Position numbers and translations under genes: made by a program. A DNA stretch of 32,000 bases from contig NC_003551.1 in assembly GCF_000007185.1 (NCBI RefSeq), positions 660,001-692,000 of the forward strand, given 5' to 3'. The notes under the pieces are model-generated. The model was not told the DNA's origin. It worked only from the letters and a program-made list of their open reading frames with translations, and ran no database searches. How positions within the stretch are numbered: position 1 is the stretch's first letter; every line of letters begins with the position of its first letter. This document shows, piece after piece, positions 1 to 7,858 of this stretch. The stretch is from Methanopyrus kandleri AV19. GTDB lineage: Archaea > JAADCQ01 > Methanopyri > Methanopyrales > Methanopyraceae.

Positions 1-1821
1 CGCGATGGTAAGACTGGAATACCGGTCAAAGGCTCCCTAGCGACTGATCTCAGCAGGAACAAGAACCCTGACCCTGTCACGAACTTCGCCGACTGGTACG
101 GGGAAGATGTGGACAAAGATCGGCTGGAAAATCCTGACGAGAACCCCGTAATCACCGTCAAAGACCTGGTTATGAGAATAGGTAGGGTCTTTGGTAACTG
201 GAGACCGTGGACTCCGGTGGGAACCGGTCCTTACCGTGAGTATTACGATAAAAGTGATGGAACCGTCCACAAACTGGAGGACGCGAAAGACCCGAACGGT
301 GACGGGGCCGATGGTATAGTCCTGACGCGTCACGGTGCTCAGATCGACGATTCGTACCATCTGTTCGCGGCGTACGTGATGATGCCCAGGACGTTCTCGT
401 CTGTATGTCCGCTGGACGCTCCGATACTCGCGTTAACAACACAGCGTAACGGTCCCCCCGAGTTCGTAGTGTACGCTAACGTCAGAACCCCCCAAGATAT
501 AGCGAAGATCGACTGGGCTAACGTGGACGAGTCGTTAGGAGCGTCCAACATAGGAACGAACACCACCTACAGATGGAATAAGACTGAGGACCTTGACTTC
601 TACAATGACGAGCTGAAGTACTACAAGTACTACGATGACTGGTACTCGAGGAGCATAGGCATTCCGGCCGATTACCTCTACGGTGCTTCGGGATACAGCC
701 ACCTGGTCGTGATCGACCCCGAAGCTCAGTGGCCCATTACTCCCGCAGGAGGATTGATAGGCACATCGTCGACGGTCGAGCAGGTGCTGAGGACGCACAG
801 TGTCCTGTATGCGTATCTGAGGTTACCGAACAGGAGTCACGGAGTGCACACGCACTTCAACTACGACACCACTCATGGTTACTACTGGTACTTCAAGTTC
901 CCCGGCGGCATTCCCGTTCAGGGAGGCCCTCAGCCCCGTATCGTGGCCATCTGGATTAAGGCGCCCCACTGGCTCTACCAGTGGGCTCCGTGGGCCGACT
1001 CCGTGAGCGCATCGCTTGGATTCGCCAATACCAGGTTCAATAACGTCCCCGGTGACGGCCGCAGCGACGAGCTCGATATGACCATCAACATCCAGAGGCC
1101 CCCCGACATGCCTTCGGTGATCAAGAACTGGGCAGTTCAGGACGTGTACATGTTCGGCAACCTGGACGAGGATCCCGACAACTTCTGGATCTACATCGAT
1201 GATGAGGAGGTCTGGCCCGACGATTGGGTTCCCCCGTCGATCGAGGACCTGAAGTCGCTCTCCGGTGGTAAGATCGCCACTCCGGGAACCCACACGATCA
1301 GGGTCAGGGAGTACGAGCAACCGTCTCCTGAGGCCGTCGAAATCGGTCCGTTCAACGTCCTAGTCCTGTACAAGGGCACCATGTACCTGTACCTCCCCCG
1401 CCTCAAGAGGAGCAAGGAGGACGCCGTGAACGCTCTCAGGCAGGAGTTCGAGAGACTGGGGATCGACCCGGACGATCCCAGGGTCAGGATTACGGTCGCG
1501 CCGTCTCGGGGTTACGACAAGCCCCACAAGTTCAGACTCGTAGCCTGGCAGGAAGAACGCGTACTGTACACACCTGAGTATCTCCGACGGCTATCGACCG
1601 AAGCCCTCTCTCAGCTGCAGTCCTCGGGTGCCCTCAGCTACGTGGCCATGGAGTGGGAGTACTACCAGGACACGGGAGACGCAACGAAGCTGCGTCGGGC
1701 CCTGCAATCGTTACAGCCATTGCTGAGCTCCGTCCTGGGAGTGCACTTCAAGCTGGAGGTCTGGGACGAGAAGAACAAGCAGTGGGTGACGCTGCTCACG
1801 GATCAGGGTCCAGCGATTTAA
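1..1821 (+). CDS. Large hypothetical protein, 5'-truncated by the window edge (at least 606 aa)
   Basis: The track ORF 109..1821 begins at a GTG. However, frame 1 has no stop codon from nt 1 to 108, so the gene probably continues upstream of the window. Stop TAA at 1819..1821. The protein is W/Y/D/P-rich with several N-X-S/T sequons (NTT, NKT, NRS). No family recognised. Confidence 0.55.
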   Translation, partial: RDGKTGIPVKGSLATDLSRNKNPDPVTNFADWYGEDVDKDRLENPDENPVITVKDLVMRIGRVFGNWRPWTPVGTGPYREYYDKSDGTVHKLEDAKDPNGDGADGIVLTRHGAQIDDSYHLFAAYVMMPRTFSSVCPLDAPILALTTQRNGPPEFVVYANVRTPQDIAKIDWANVDESLGASNIGTNTTYRWNKTEDLDFYNDELKYYKYYDDWYSRSIGIPADYLYGASGYSHLVVIDPEAQWPITPAGGLIGTSSTVEQVLRTHSVLYAYLRLPNRSHGVHTHFNYDTTHGYYWYFKFPGGIPVQGGPQPRIVAIWIKAPHWLYQWAPWADSVSASLGFANTRFNNVPGDGRSDELDMTINIQRPPDMPSVIKNWAVQDVYMFGNLDEDPDNFWIYIDDEEVWPDDWVPPSIEDLKSLSGGKIATPGTHTIRVREYEQPSPEAVEIGPFNVLVLYKGTMYLYLPRLKRSKEDAVNALRQEFERLGIDPDDPRVRITVAPSRGYDKPHKFRLVAWQEERVLYTPEYLRRLSTEALSQLQSSGALSYVAMEWEYYQDTGDATKLRRALQSLQPLLSSVLGVHFKLEVWDEKNKQWVTLLTDQGPAI

Positions 1822-1960
1822 AAGCCTGCGGACCATACCTCGTAACCGAGCGCCCCGACCCCGTGAATCCGAGCTCGGTAAGGAGATCACCGCCGCGTCG
1901 TGGCTTGCTCGTGGGAAACCTCGCGTCTTCGAGGTCAGCTAACAAAGGTGAAGGTGTGTG

Positions 1961-3658
1961 TTAGGGCCACACCCGGATGACTCTGCCGTTCTTCAGCACC
2001 ATGTCCGTGTTGGTACCCGGCAGCAGGAACCACTTCAGTATGTCGGCACCCGGGAGCGCGAACCCCTTCCTCCGGTCCGCGTCCGTGGCCAGCTGGAGCC
2101 CGATCCCCGCCAACAAGCTGTTGATTTGTCGAACCACGGGATCGTTCGAGTTGAAGCCGTACAGTCTGAAGAGTCGCACCGGCTCCCCCCGATCGTCGTA
2201 ACGCTCAGGCGGTCCGAACTCACTGGCTCGAACTCCGTTTATCACTCCTCTGAGCTTACCGCTCCTCGACGCCAACACCTCCATCCACGCCATCCAGTCG
2301 ACGGTCCCGAAGGGACCGTGTGCCCACACGTCCACCTCCTCCGCCGGCAGCGCGGGGATCAGCGTCTCCATACCGGCCTCGCACCTTTGGATAACATCCA
2401 CATCCGGGTCCTCGATGCCGTCGACCGAGACCACCCGGTTACTCGGGAGCACGTACAGTATCCCCGCGGCCCTCTCGATGAAGTTCGGGGGCCGACCCAC
2501 GTCGTCACCGAGCACGTTCTCCCTGGTCGGGAAGTAAGGAAGTATCACCCACTGGCTCTCCGTCTCACCGTCCACCTCGTTCTCGTTCAGGAGTTTCGTG
2601 TCGTCCCAGGGGAGCATCTTGCCCGGTATAGAGAGTACGTGGGCCAGCCTGAGCTTGTCCTCGTCGGCCTCACTGTTCCTCCCGTCACCGTTCACCTCGT
2701 TCAGGTACGCCGAGTAGAACCTTATCACGTCGGACTGCCCTACCCGTTCCCCTCCGATGGATCCGCCCTGCCCCACGGCCACCTGATAGTTGCCCATCAC
2801 GATCATCGGCTTGAACCTCAGCGGGCCGTCGCCCCACCGGTCCTTCGAGACGTAGTACGCCCAGATCGGGAGCGGATCGAACACGGCCTTGTTTTCGTTC
2901 CCCGAAGGAGCGTATCCCTGAATCGAGGCCTGGACGGTCGTCTGTCCGAGGTGGAGGTTGAATTGCTCCCATCCCGGTACCTGCGCGATGAGGTAGATGT
3001 CGAGGTGCACGTAAATCGTGAACGGGTCGTGGGCGTCGGGCACGATGGGTGTCCTGCTGACGTCCTTGGGATCAGAGCGCCCATACCAAGAGAGCCTTAC
3101 TTTCGGATGTTCGGGATCGCTCGTGTCCCAATACAAACTCCCATCACCAACGTAGCACCTGGGTACTATCCACACCTCTGCCCCTTGGGTCTGCTTGATC
3201 GAGTCATGAACGTCCACCGCGAGCTTCGCGAGCTCGTAGTCGATGTAGTAGCGCAGCGACTCTATCACGGTGCGGTACGAGTCGTAGTCCCCTTTCAGCC
3301 GCCCGACGTCGACGATGTCGTAAGGTGCAAGCAGCCCGGTGGGCGACGCCACCCACTCGATGTTAGTACCTCCCGCGTGGACGGCGATACGGCCGTATCG
3401 GTAACCGTTCTTCTCGCCGCCCGGCAGTTCGGTCCCGTTCAGGAAGTCCACGACGCCCAGGTACACGGCCCGGCTCAGCTGCTGATGCGTCATGGAGAGT
3501 ATGGCCTCGTTGATGACGGGCTTGATGTACTCGCATCGGATCAGGTACCCGGACTCCCTACCCCGGTACGACAGGTACGAAACGGACAGCAGCAACAAGG
3601 CCAACGCTAGTGCCACCGCCGGAGTGAACAGGAACCCCCTCTCCCCTCGGGGGATCAT
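1961..3658 (-). CDS. Hypothetical 565-aa protein with an N-terminal hydrophobic anchor; last gene of the pilus cluster (TadG-like position)
   Basis: Track ORF 1961..3709. The internal ATG at 3658 forms an ATGA overlap with the stop (3655..3657) of the upstream pilin-like gene, so I prefer it as the start. The N-terminus is MIPRGERGFLFTPAVALALALLLLSV: a charged stretch followed by one hydrophobic helix. The rest looks extracellular and includes an NGT sequon. No family recognised. Confidence 0.6.
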   Translation of the reverse strand: MIPRGERGFLFTPAVALALALLLLSVSYLSYRGRESGYLIRCEYIKPVINEAILSMTHQQLSRAVYLGVVDFLNGTELPGGEKNGYRYGRIAVHAGGTNIEWVASPTGLLAPYDIVDVGRLKGDYDSYRTVIESLRYYIDYELAKLAVDVHDSIKQTQGAEVWIVPRCYVGDGSLYWDTSDPEHPKVRLSWYGRSDPKDVSRTPIVPDAHDPFTIYVHLDIYLIAQVPGWEQFNLHLGQTTVQASIQGYAPSGNENKAVFDPLPIWAYYVSKDRWGDGPLRFKPMIVMGNYQVAVGQGGSIGGERVGQSDVIRFYSAYLNEVNGDGRNSEADEDKLRLAHVLSIPGKMLPWDDTKLLNENEVDGETESQWVILPYFPTRENVLGDDVGRPPNFIERAAGILYVLPSNRVVSVDGIEDPDVDVIQRCEAGMETLIPALPAEEVDVWAHGPFGTVDWMAWMEVLASRSGKLRGVINGVRASEFGPPERYDDRGEPVRLFRLYGFNSNDPVVRQINSLLAGIGLQLATDADRRKGFALPGADILKWFLLPGTNTDMVLKNGRVIRVWP

Positions 3659-4569
3659 CCGGCGGTCACCCCTACCCGGAGTTTCACGGGGAACAGCCCG
3701 GCCGTCCACTGGTTCCAGAAGATCTCGTTCTCCGACCCGCTCAGGGTGACGGTGAACGGCCTCCCTCCGATCGCGATGATAGTCAGGGACAGTCCCGAAC
3801 CCTCACCCTCCGCCACGATCCTCCTGACGAGCTCCACGGGATCGTCGGTGGCCCAACCGGACGACGAGTAGAACACTATCCTGTTGCCTCCCGAGTTCAT
3901 GGAGATGGCCTCTCGGGCTAGCTCCTTGTACGCTTCCTCCTCCGACAACCCCGACTGGATCAGCTGGTTGTAGCGCTTGTGCAGCCACCTCACCCAACCG
4001 TACAGCCCGTCCCCAGATACGGTCACCCACACCACCTTAACCCCGGGGACGTTTCCGGAGTAGCTCACCGTGTTCCCCCAGACCTGCGGTAGGTTCTCGT
4101 CGTAGACCCACGTATCTCCACGCTTCACCAACATGACGTCGTAGGACTTGACCACCGCCTCGCCCGAGACGTTCAGATCGTCGTTGGGAAAGACCAGGTC
4201 CGCCATCATCCGGCCGTCGTTCACCTTAATGGGAGAGTCCAGCGAGCCGCCCTCGGAGTAGCGCGTCCACTTGTACGCGTCGACGGCCAGGTACATCCGG
4301 ACCCCCGTCCTCAGCGGCGCGCCTCCCCAGGTCCACTGCAAGGGCTCGCTCCACAGCCACACGATGTCGTACGACGTTAGATTGGCTCCCACCCAGGACG
4401 GTGAGGTCAACGAGGCCGCGAACCTGTCCACCGAAGCGTACAGCTCGTAGGTTCTAAGGGAGGTGATCCCGTGGGCTGTCACCACCCGGGCTACGTCGGT
4501 CACCAGGAGCAGGATGATGGCGGATATAAGTCCCGCGGCGAGCGCGTCGACGGTGATCTGGCCCCTCAA
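3655..4569 (-). CDS. Pilin-like protein with a class III (type IV prepilin) signal peptide, 304 aa
   Basis: The N-terminus MRG/QITVDALAAGLISAIILLLV has G-1, Q+1, an acidic residue at +5 and then a hydrophobic helix. The TTG start at 4569 overlaps the upstream stop as TTGA. Sequons NLT and NVS are present in the large C-terminal domain. Confidence 0.7.
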   Translation of the reverse strand: MRGQITVDALAAGLISAIILLLVTDVARVVTAHGITSLRTYELYASVDRFAASLTSPSWVGANLTSYDIVWLWSEPLQWTWGGAPLRTGVRMYLAVDAYKWTRYSEGGSLDSPIKVNDGRMMADLVFPNDDLNVSGEAVVKSYDVMLVKRGDTWVYDENLPQVWGNTVSYSGNVPGVKVVWVTVSGDGLYGWVRWLHKRYNQLIQSGLSEEEAYKELAREAISMNSGGNRIVFYSSSGWATDDPVELVRRIVAEGEGSGLSLTIIAIGGRPFTVTLSGSENEIFWNQWTAGLFPVKLRVGVTAG

Positions 4570-4811
4570 GGCGTGGCCGCCCTCCGTACTACCTCGCTAC
4601 CCAGCTCCTTCATCCCGGCGGCCCATCCCGAGCCCGTGGTCGACACGAACCCACTGTTTGAAGCGTTAAGGGCGATACCTAAGGCGAACACGGCCGCTAT
4701 GACGGTCATCAACAGTATCGTCCACTCGACCGACACCTGACCGGAGCTACATCCATTTCGTAGCGAGCTCGTGACAAACGTTGGAAATCTTCTCGTTTTG
4801 GGCTCGGGCAA
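4566..4811 (-). CDS. Small pilin-like protein with a class III signal peptide (81 aa)
   Basis: Contains ...CSSG/QVSVEWTILLMTVIAAVFALGIAL, which fits QxSxExxxL. The only ATG/GTG/TTG start upstream of the motif is the TTG at 4811. That start implies a 65-nt overlap with the preceding gene, so the start is uncertain. Confidence 0.5.
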   Translation of the reverse strand: MPEPKTRRFPTFVTSSLRNGCSSGQVSVEWTILLMTVIAAVFALGIALNASNSGFVSTTGSGWAAGMKELGSEVVRRAATP

Positions 4812-4935
4812 CGTCGCCCAGCCCCGAAGAGGATTTCTTGAGGGGCATATAATAGCCTATGACCGCCGCCATGATGGCGACGGCGGCCACGAGCACTCCC
4901 AACACCAGCAGTTCTATGTTGGCTTGACCGCTCAC
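4747..4935 (-). CDS. Small pilin-like protein with a class III signal peptide (62 aa)
   Basis: Track ORF 4747..5061 would overlap most of the upstream pilin gene. The GTG at 4935 forms a GTGA overlap with that gene's stop (4932..4934). It gives MSG/QANIELLVLGVLVAAVAIMAAVIGYY. No other canonical start codon lies between 5061 and 4935. Confidence 0.6.
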   Translation of the reverse strand: MSGQANIELLVLGVLVAAVAIMAAVIGYYMPLKKSSSGLGDVARAQNEKISNVCHELATKWM

Positions 4936-5126
4936 AGTTTCTTGGCGGACGAGGCGAACCTTTCGAACCCCCCTGAGACGGCCGATCCCACGTCCTTCAG
5001 ACCCTGTTTCCCACCGCTGATCGGTAAATAGTACGCGATGACACCGACGGCTATGGCGCATCCCGCCACGATCGCTATGATCAGGAGGTACTCGACACCT
5101 CCCTGCCCTCTCACCCCCAGAGCCAT
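4932..5126 (-). CDS. Flp-like mini-pilin (64 aa)
   Basis: MALGVRG/QGGVEYLLIIAIVAGCAIAVGVIAYY has G/XXXXEY followed by a hydrophobic helix and a short G/S/A-rich tail. ATG at 5124..5126. It overlaps the peptidase gene's 3' end by 16 nt. Confidence 0.75.
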   Translation of the reverse strand: MALGVRGQGGVEYLLIIAIVAGCAIAVGVIAYYLPISGGKQGLKDVGSAVSGGFERFASSAKKL

Positions 5127-6085
5127 GACAGCGGGCTCCCCTGCAGCATGTAAGTGACCACGTACCCGGCGGCGATGGCCGGTGCGAAGGGAGTGGTGTG
5201 TCCCACCCTTATCCTATCTATCCCGAGTCGTTTCAACTTTTCGAGCTCCTCCTCGGTGAACCCGTCCCCGGAGGGCACGACCACGGGTTCCGCCCTACCG
5301 GTAGCAACCAGAAGCGCGCCTTTTAACCTACCGACACGCTCGGTCCCCTCCTCCGTTCGAACCACGATCTCCAACGGGATCTCTCCTTCCCTCAGTTCCT
5401 CTACGTTCCGTTCCTTCCCAGCCCATCGGTACGTGGTGAAGGCCGTCGAGAGGGCCACGGCGATGCCCACCTCCCAGAGGACGGCGATCGGAGACGCCCT
5501 GAGGTTGAGTAAAACCGCGGGGACGACGAGGGCGGGTAGGACGATCTTCAGCTTGGACTCGTACGACCTGGCGACCTTCCAGACCGCCAGGATCAGGAGG
5601 ATGCCTACCACCGAGGAGATCACGGTCCCCAGGATCGTCGCCACGCCTCCGGCGATCAAGCTCGCCAGAACCAGGATCGTGGTGTTCAGGCACAACTCCT
5701 TGAGGAAGGGGCGCCCACGGTCCAGCGCCGTACTGACGGTCAGGTACAGGAGTGCGAACGGTGCGTACAGCAGGATCGAGTTGAAGAGGACGTCGATACC
5801 CGTCGTGATACGATCGCCTCGATGGAGGAAGAGGGTGAGGGACGGTAGGAGCTTGACGTCACCACCTCCCAGCACGCCCAGCACGTTGAGGACGAGGGTC
5901 ACCCCGAACGCGACTCCGGCGTCCAACAGTGCGTAACCGAGGTGGGACGGATCGATGACCGCGGCGTAGATCGCCCCCGCGACGATCGCGGGATACGTAA
6001 GCCGGTTCGGTACGATCCCCCACTTGAGGTCGGTGATCGCGGCGACCGTGGCGACCGCCAGACCCGCCAAGAAGCCCACGTCCAT
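5111..6085 (-). CDS. Type IV prepilin/preflagellin peptidase, aspartic peptidase family A24 (FlaK/EppA/TadV-like)
   Basis: Polytopic membrane protein with the two catalytic-Asp contexts AAITDLKWGIVPN and LGGGDVKLL (GxGDxK). A soluble insert of about 75 aa (REGEIPLEIVVRTEEGTERVGRLKG...) precedes the last TM helix. The start is either the ATG at 6085 (324 aa, preferred, 5 nt after the upstream stop) or the GTG at 6124 (337 aa). Confidence 0.8.
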   Translation of the reverse strand: MDVGFLAGLAVATVAAITDLKWGIVPNRLTYPAIVAGAIYAAVIDPSHLGYALLDAGVAFGVTLVLNVLGVLGGGDVKLLPSLTLFLHRGDRITTGIDVLFNSILLYAPFALLYLTVSTALDRGRPFLKELCLNTTILVLASLIAGGVATILGTVISSVVGILLILAVWKVARSYESKLKIVLPALVVPAVLLNLRASPIAVLWEVGIAVALSTAFTTYRWAGKERNVEELREGEIPLEIVVRTEEGTERVGRLKGALLVATGRAEPVVVPSGDGFTEEELEKLKRLGIDRIRVGHTTPFAPAIAAGYVVTYMLQGSPLSWLWG

Positions 6086-6090
6086 CGTCG

Positions 6091-7089
6091 CTACCCCGAC
6101 AGGACCGATAGGATCTCGTTCCACCCCTCGATCGGCCTGTCCTGAGCGAGCATCCTGATGCCCCTGTCGATGGCCTCGACCCGCCGCTTAAGCTCCTGTA
6201 CCCTGAGCCGTTCGTCTTCCTCCTCCATCTCGATCTGGAAGCGACGACTCAGCTTCCGAAGGGCTCCGATCACGATCGGCCGCTTGGAGACCCGGGCGAG
6301 CCTCTCCGTGTACTCGCTACCCAGCTCCTCGGCGAACCTCTTACACACGGTCAGAACCCGTTGCGGGTTCCTGAAGCTTTCGGACGCCAGATGCGCCAGG
6401 ATCAGTTCCCTATCCCCGACCTCTTCGCTGAGCTCGGAGTGGAGCCTCCAGACCTCGGATAAGGCGGTCAGTAGGAGGTGTTCCCGTTCGGTGAGTATAC
6501 CCCGATCGTTGAACTTCGCCCGTACACGACCGTCCGCTTCCTCCAACACCTCCGAGAGCGGCGCAACGGACAGCGAGCTGGCTATCTTATCCACGATCTT
6601 GAAGTGTCGGTTCCCGGGGATCTCGGACCCGGAGCGGAGCACCACGACGTCGTACGAGTCCAGCCTGCTCAACACCTTGTTTAGGAACTTCCTGTCCATG
6701 ACGTCGCAGACGATCGGGGCCTCGGTGACCTCGTACAGCCTGCCCACGCGACCCTTCCTGCTCCAGCCGGAACTGTCCGCGTCGAACCCGAGTTCCGGGA
6801 GCTTCCTCAACAGCGCCTTGTTCACGGCCAATGCCGGTGCGCGGAAGCATTCTCCGAACTCCGAGGACAATTCGATGTGTGCTTGAGCGTCCTCTTCCGG
6901 TACGTACGTGAGCGGTACGTCGGAATACGTGGTACAGTGGATGTCCCAGTCCACCGCCTCGAGCGCGTCACGCATCTCCAAAATCGACAAATAGTCCGTA
7001 AAAACCGTGAGGTGGGCGTCTCGGGGTAAGGCTCCGAGCCTGTGGTGTCCTCTCTCTCCGAAGAGATCCACCGTGATCACCAGTTTCAC
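6091..7089 (-). CDS. Hypothetical cytoplasmic protein (332 aa) embedded in the pilus cluster
   Basis: The GTG start at 7089 is preceded by GGAGGT 7 nt upstream. No TM segment or signal peptide is visible. The C-terminal third is charged and helical (EMEEEDERLRVQELKRRVEAIDRGIRML). No family recognised with confidence. Confidence 0.65.
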   Translation of the reverse strand: MKLVITVDLFGERGHHRLGALPRDAHLTVFTDYLSILEMRDALEAVDWDIHCTTYSDVPLTYVPEEDAQAHIELSSEFGECFRAPALAVNKALLRKLPELGFDADSSGWSRKGRVGRLYEVTEAPIVCDVMDRKFLNKVLSRLDSYDVVVLRSGSEIPGNRHFKIVDKIASSLSVAPLSEVLEEADGRVRAKFNDRGILTEREHLLLTALSEVWRLHSELSEEVGDRELILAHLASESFRNPQRVLTVCKRFAEELGSEYTERLARVSKRPIVIGALRKLSRRFQIEMEEEDERLRVQELKRRVEAIDRGIRMLAQDRPIEGWNEILSVLSG

Positions 7090-7153
7090 GTTCAGACCTC
7101 CGTTTGAGCGTTGGTCCGGCGGTCTTGGGCGTGGTTCACGTAGTGATCACGAA

Positions 7154-7405
7154 TCACGTGATGCTGTTAGCATACGACTGTGCGGCGCTAGACGACGCCT
7201 TTGTGGCGGCTTCGGCTGCCGATTTCGTAGCTCCGGGTGGTGCGGCCGACTCGCCGGCCGCGCTGGCGAAACTCCACCAGTAGTACGCGACTAGGATTCC
7301 CAGTCCTATGAGAGCCGCGATGAGTATGAGGTACTCTACCCCTCCCTGCCCCTCCGCACCGGCGGACACTCTTCGAATAGTTTTAATTATTCTCCTAGCG
7401 GGCAA
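7154..7405 (-). CDS. Flp-like mini-pilin (83 aa)
   Basis: ...AGAEG/QGGVEYLILIAALIGLGILVAYYWW followed by an A/S/T/G-rich tail ending in SYANSIT. Start is the TTG at 7405 (GGTG about 9 nt upstream) or the GTG at 7369. Confidence 0.8.
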   Translation of the reverse strand: MPARRIIKTIRRVSAGAEGQGGVEYLILIAALIGLGILVAYYWWSFASAAGESAAPPGATKSAAEAATKASSSAAQSYANSIT

Positions 7406-7480
7406 CTCTCACACCAACCAACCGCCACTACTGACGTGACACCTGTCGACCGACCGATCAGTATGAATAGAGAAAGAAAG

Positions 7481-7490
7481 ATAATTTAAT
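7481..7490 (-). promoter_or_regulatory. Candidate TATA-like element upstream of the 7154..7405 pilin gene
   Basis: The minus strand reads ATTAAATTAT within an AT-rich stretch, about 75 nt upstream of the TTG at 7405. No transcription start data are available. Confidence 0.25.
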
Positions 7491-7540
7491 CTGCCAAGGG
7501 AGATAAGTGCTGGGGCGTGGGGTCGCCTGGATTGCTGGGC

Positions 7541-7768
7541 TTACGAGATCTTATTCGCATACGTCGACGCCATTTCAGTACCCTTCGACTTCGCCGTGCT
7601 ACCTGCCGTCGAGGCGCCACCCGAAGCTGACTTACCGGCTGCCTGCGCTGAGGTCCACCAGTAGTACGCGATCAGGATTCCCAGACCGATCAGCGCGGCG
7701 ATCAGCAGTAGGTACTCGATACCACCCTGACCGCGCTCAGACTTTACGAACTCCTTCAGAGCGCGCAT
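7541..7768 (-). CDS. Flp-like mini-pilin (75 aa)
   Basis: MRALKEFVKSERG/QGGIEYLLLIAALIGLGILIAYYWW followed by an A/S/T/G-rich tail ending in TYANKIS. I prefer the ATG at 7768 over the track's GTG at 7777. The gene has its own upstream AT-rich element. Confidence 0.85.
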   Translation of the reverse strand: MRALKEFVKSERGQGGIEYLLLIAALIGLGILIAYYWWTSAQAAGKSASGGASTAGSTAKSKGTEMASTYANKIS

Positions 7769-7803
7769 TTTACCCACTCCCCGGGAGTAAACCTACTCCT
7801 TTT

Positions 7804-7818
7804 CAATTTTTTAACTTT
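7804..7818 (-). promoter_or_regulatory. Candidate BRE/TATA element for the 7541..7768 pilin gene
   Basis: The minus strand reads AAAGTTAAAAAATTG and ends about 36 nt upstream of the ATG at 7768. A G-rich SD-like GGGGAGTGGG lies in between. The core AAAGTTAA[A/T]AA is shared with the element upstream of tRNA-Leu. Confidence 0.35.
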
Positions 7819-7858
7819 TCTCTTTCCGATTCACCCGACGTGCGTCGTTCTCAGTATG

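Noticed and set aside
1822-1960. Convergent intergenic spacer with the palindrome CCGAGCTCGG (1869..1878) and the hairpin ACCTCG-N6-CGAGGT (1918..1935), considered as an ncRNA or terminator
   Set aside because: The stems are short and GC-rich with no adjacent T-run, and I recognised no RNA-family signature. They probably just reflect GC-rich spacer sequence, and the support is too weak to call a feature.
1958-3610. 550-aa ORF on the + strand, antisense to the 565-aa pilus-locus gene
   Set aside because: The translation is extremely R/P/H/V/G-rich and low in K/I/Y/F/W, as expected for the antisense frame of a GC-rich gene. The minus-strand product has normal composition, an N-terminal anchor and an ATGA coupling to the upstream gene.
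5154-5936. 260-aa + strand ORF antisense to the prepilin peptidase. The same applies to 6158..6886, 9516..10265, 12191..12661, 15931..16437, 17378..18106 and 21073..21837 on the + strand, and to 24156..24851 and 30488..31117 on the - strand.
   Set aside because: All are shadow ORFs opposite well-supported genes. They have S/R/P/T-biased composition, no recognisable motifs and no sensible start context.
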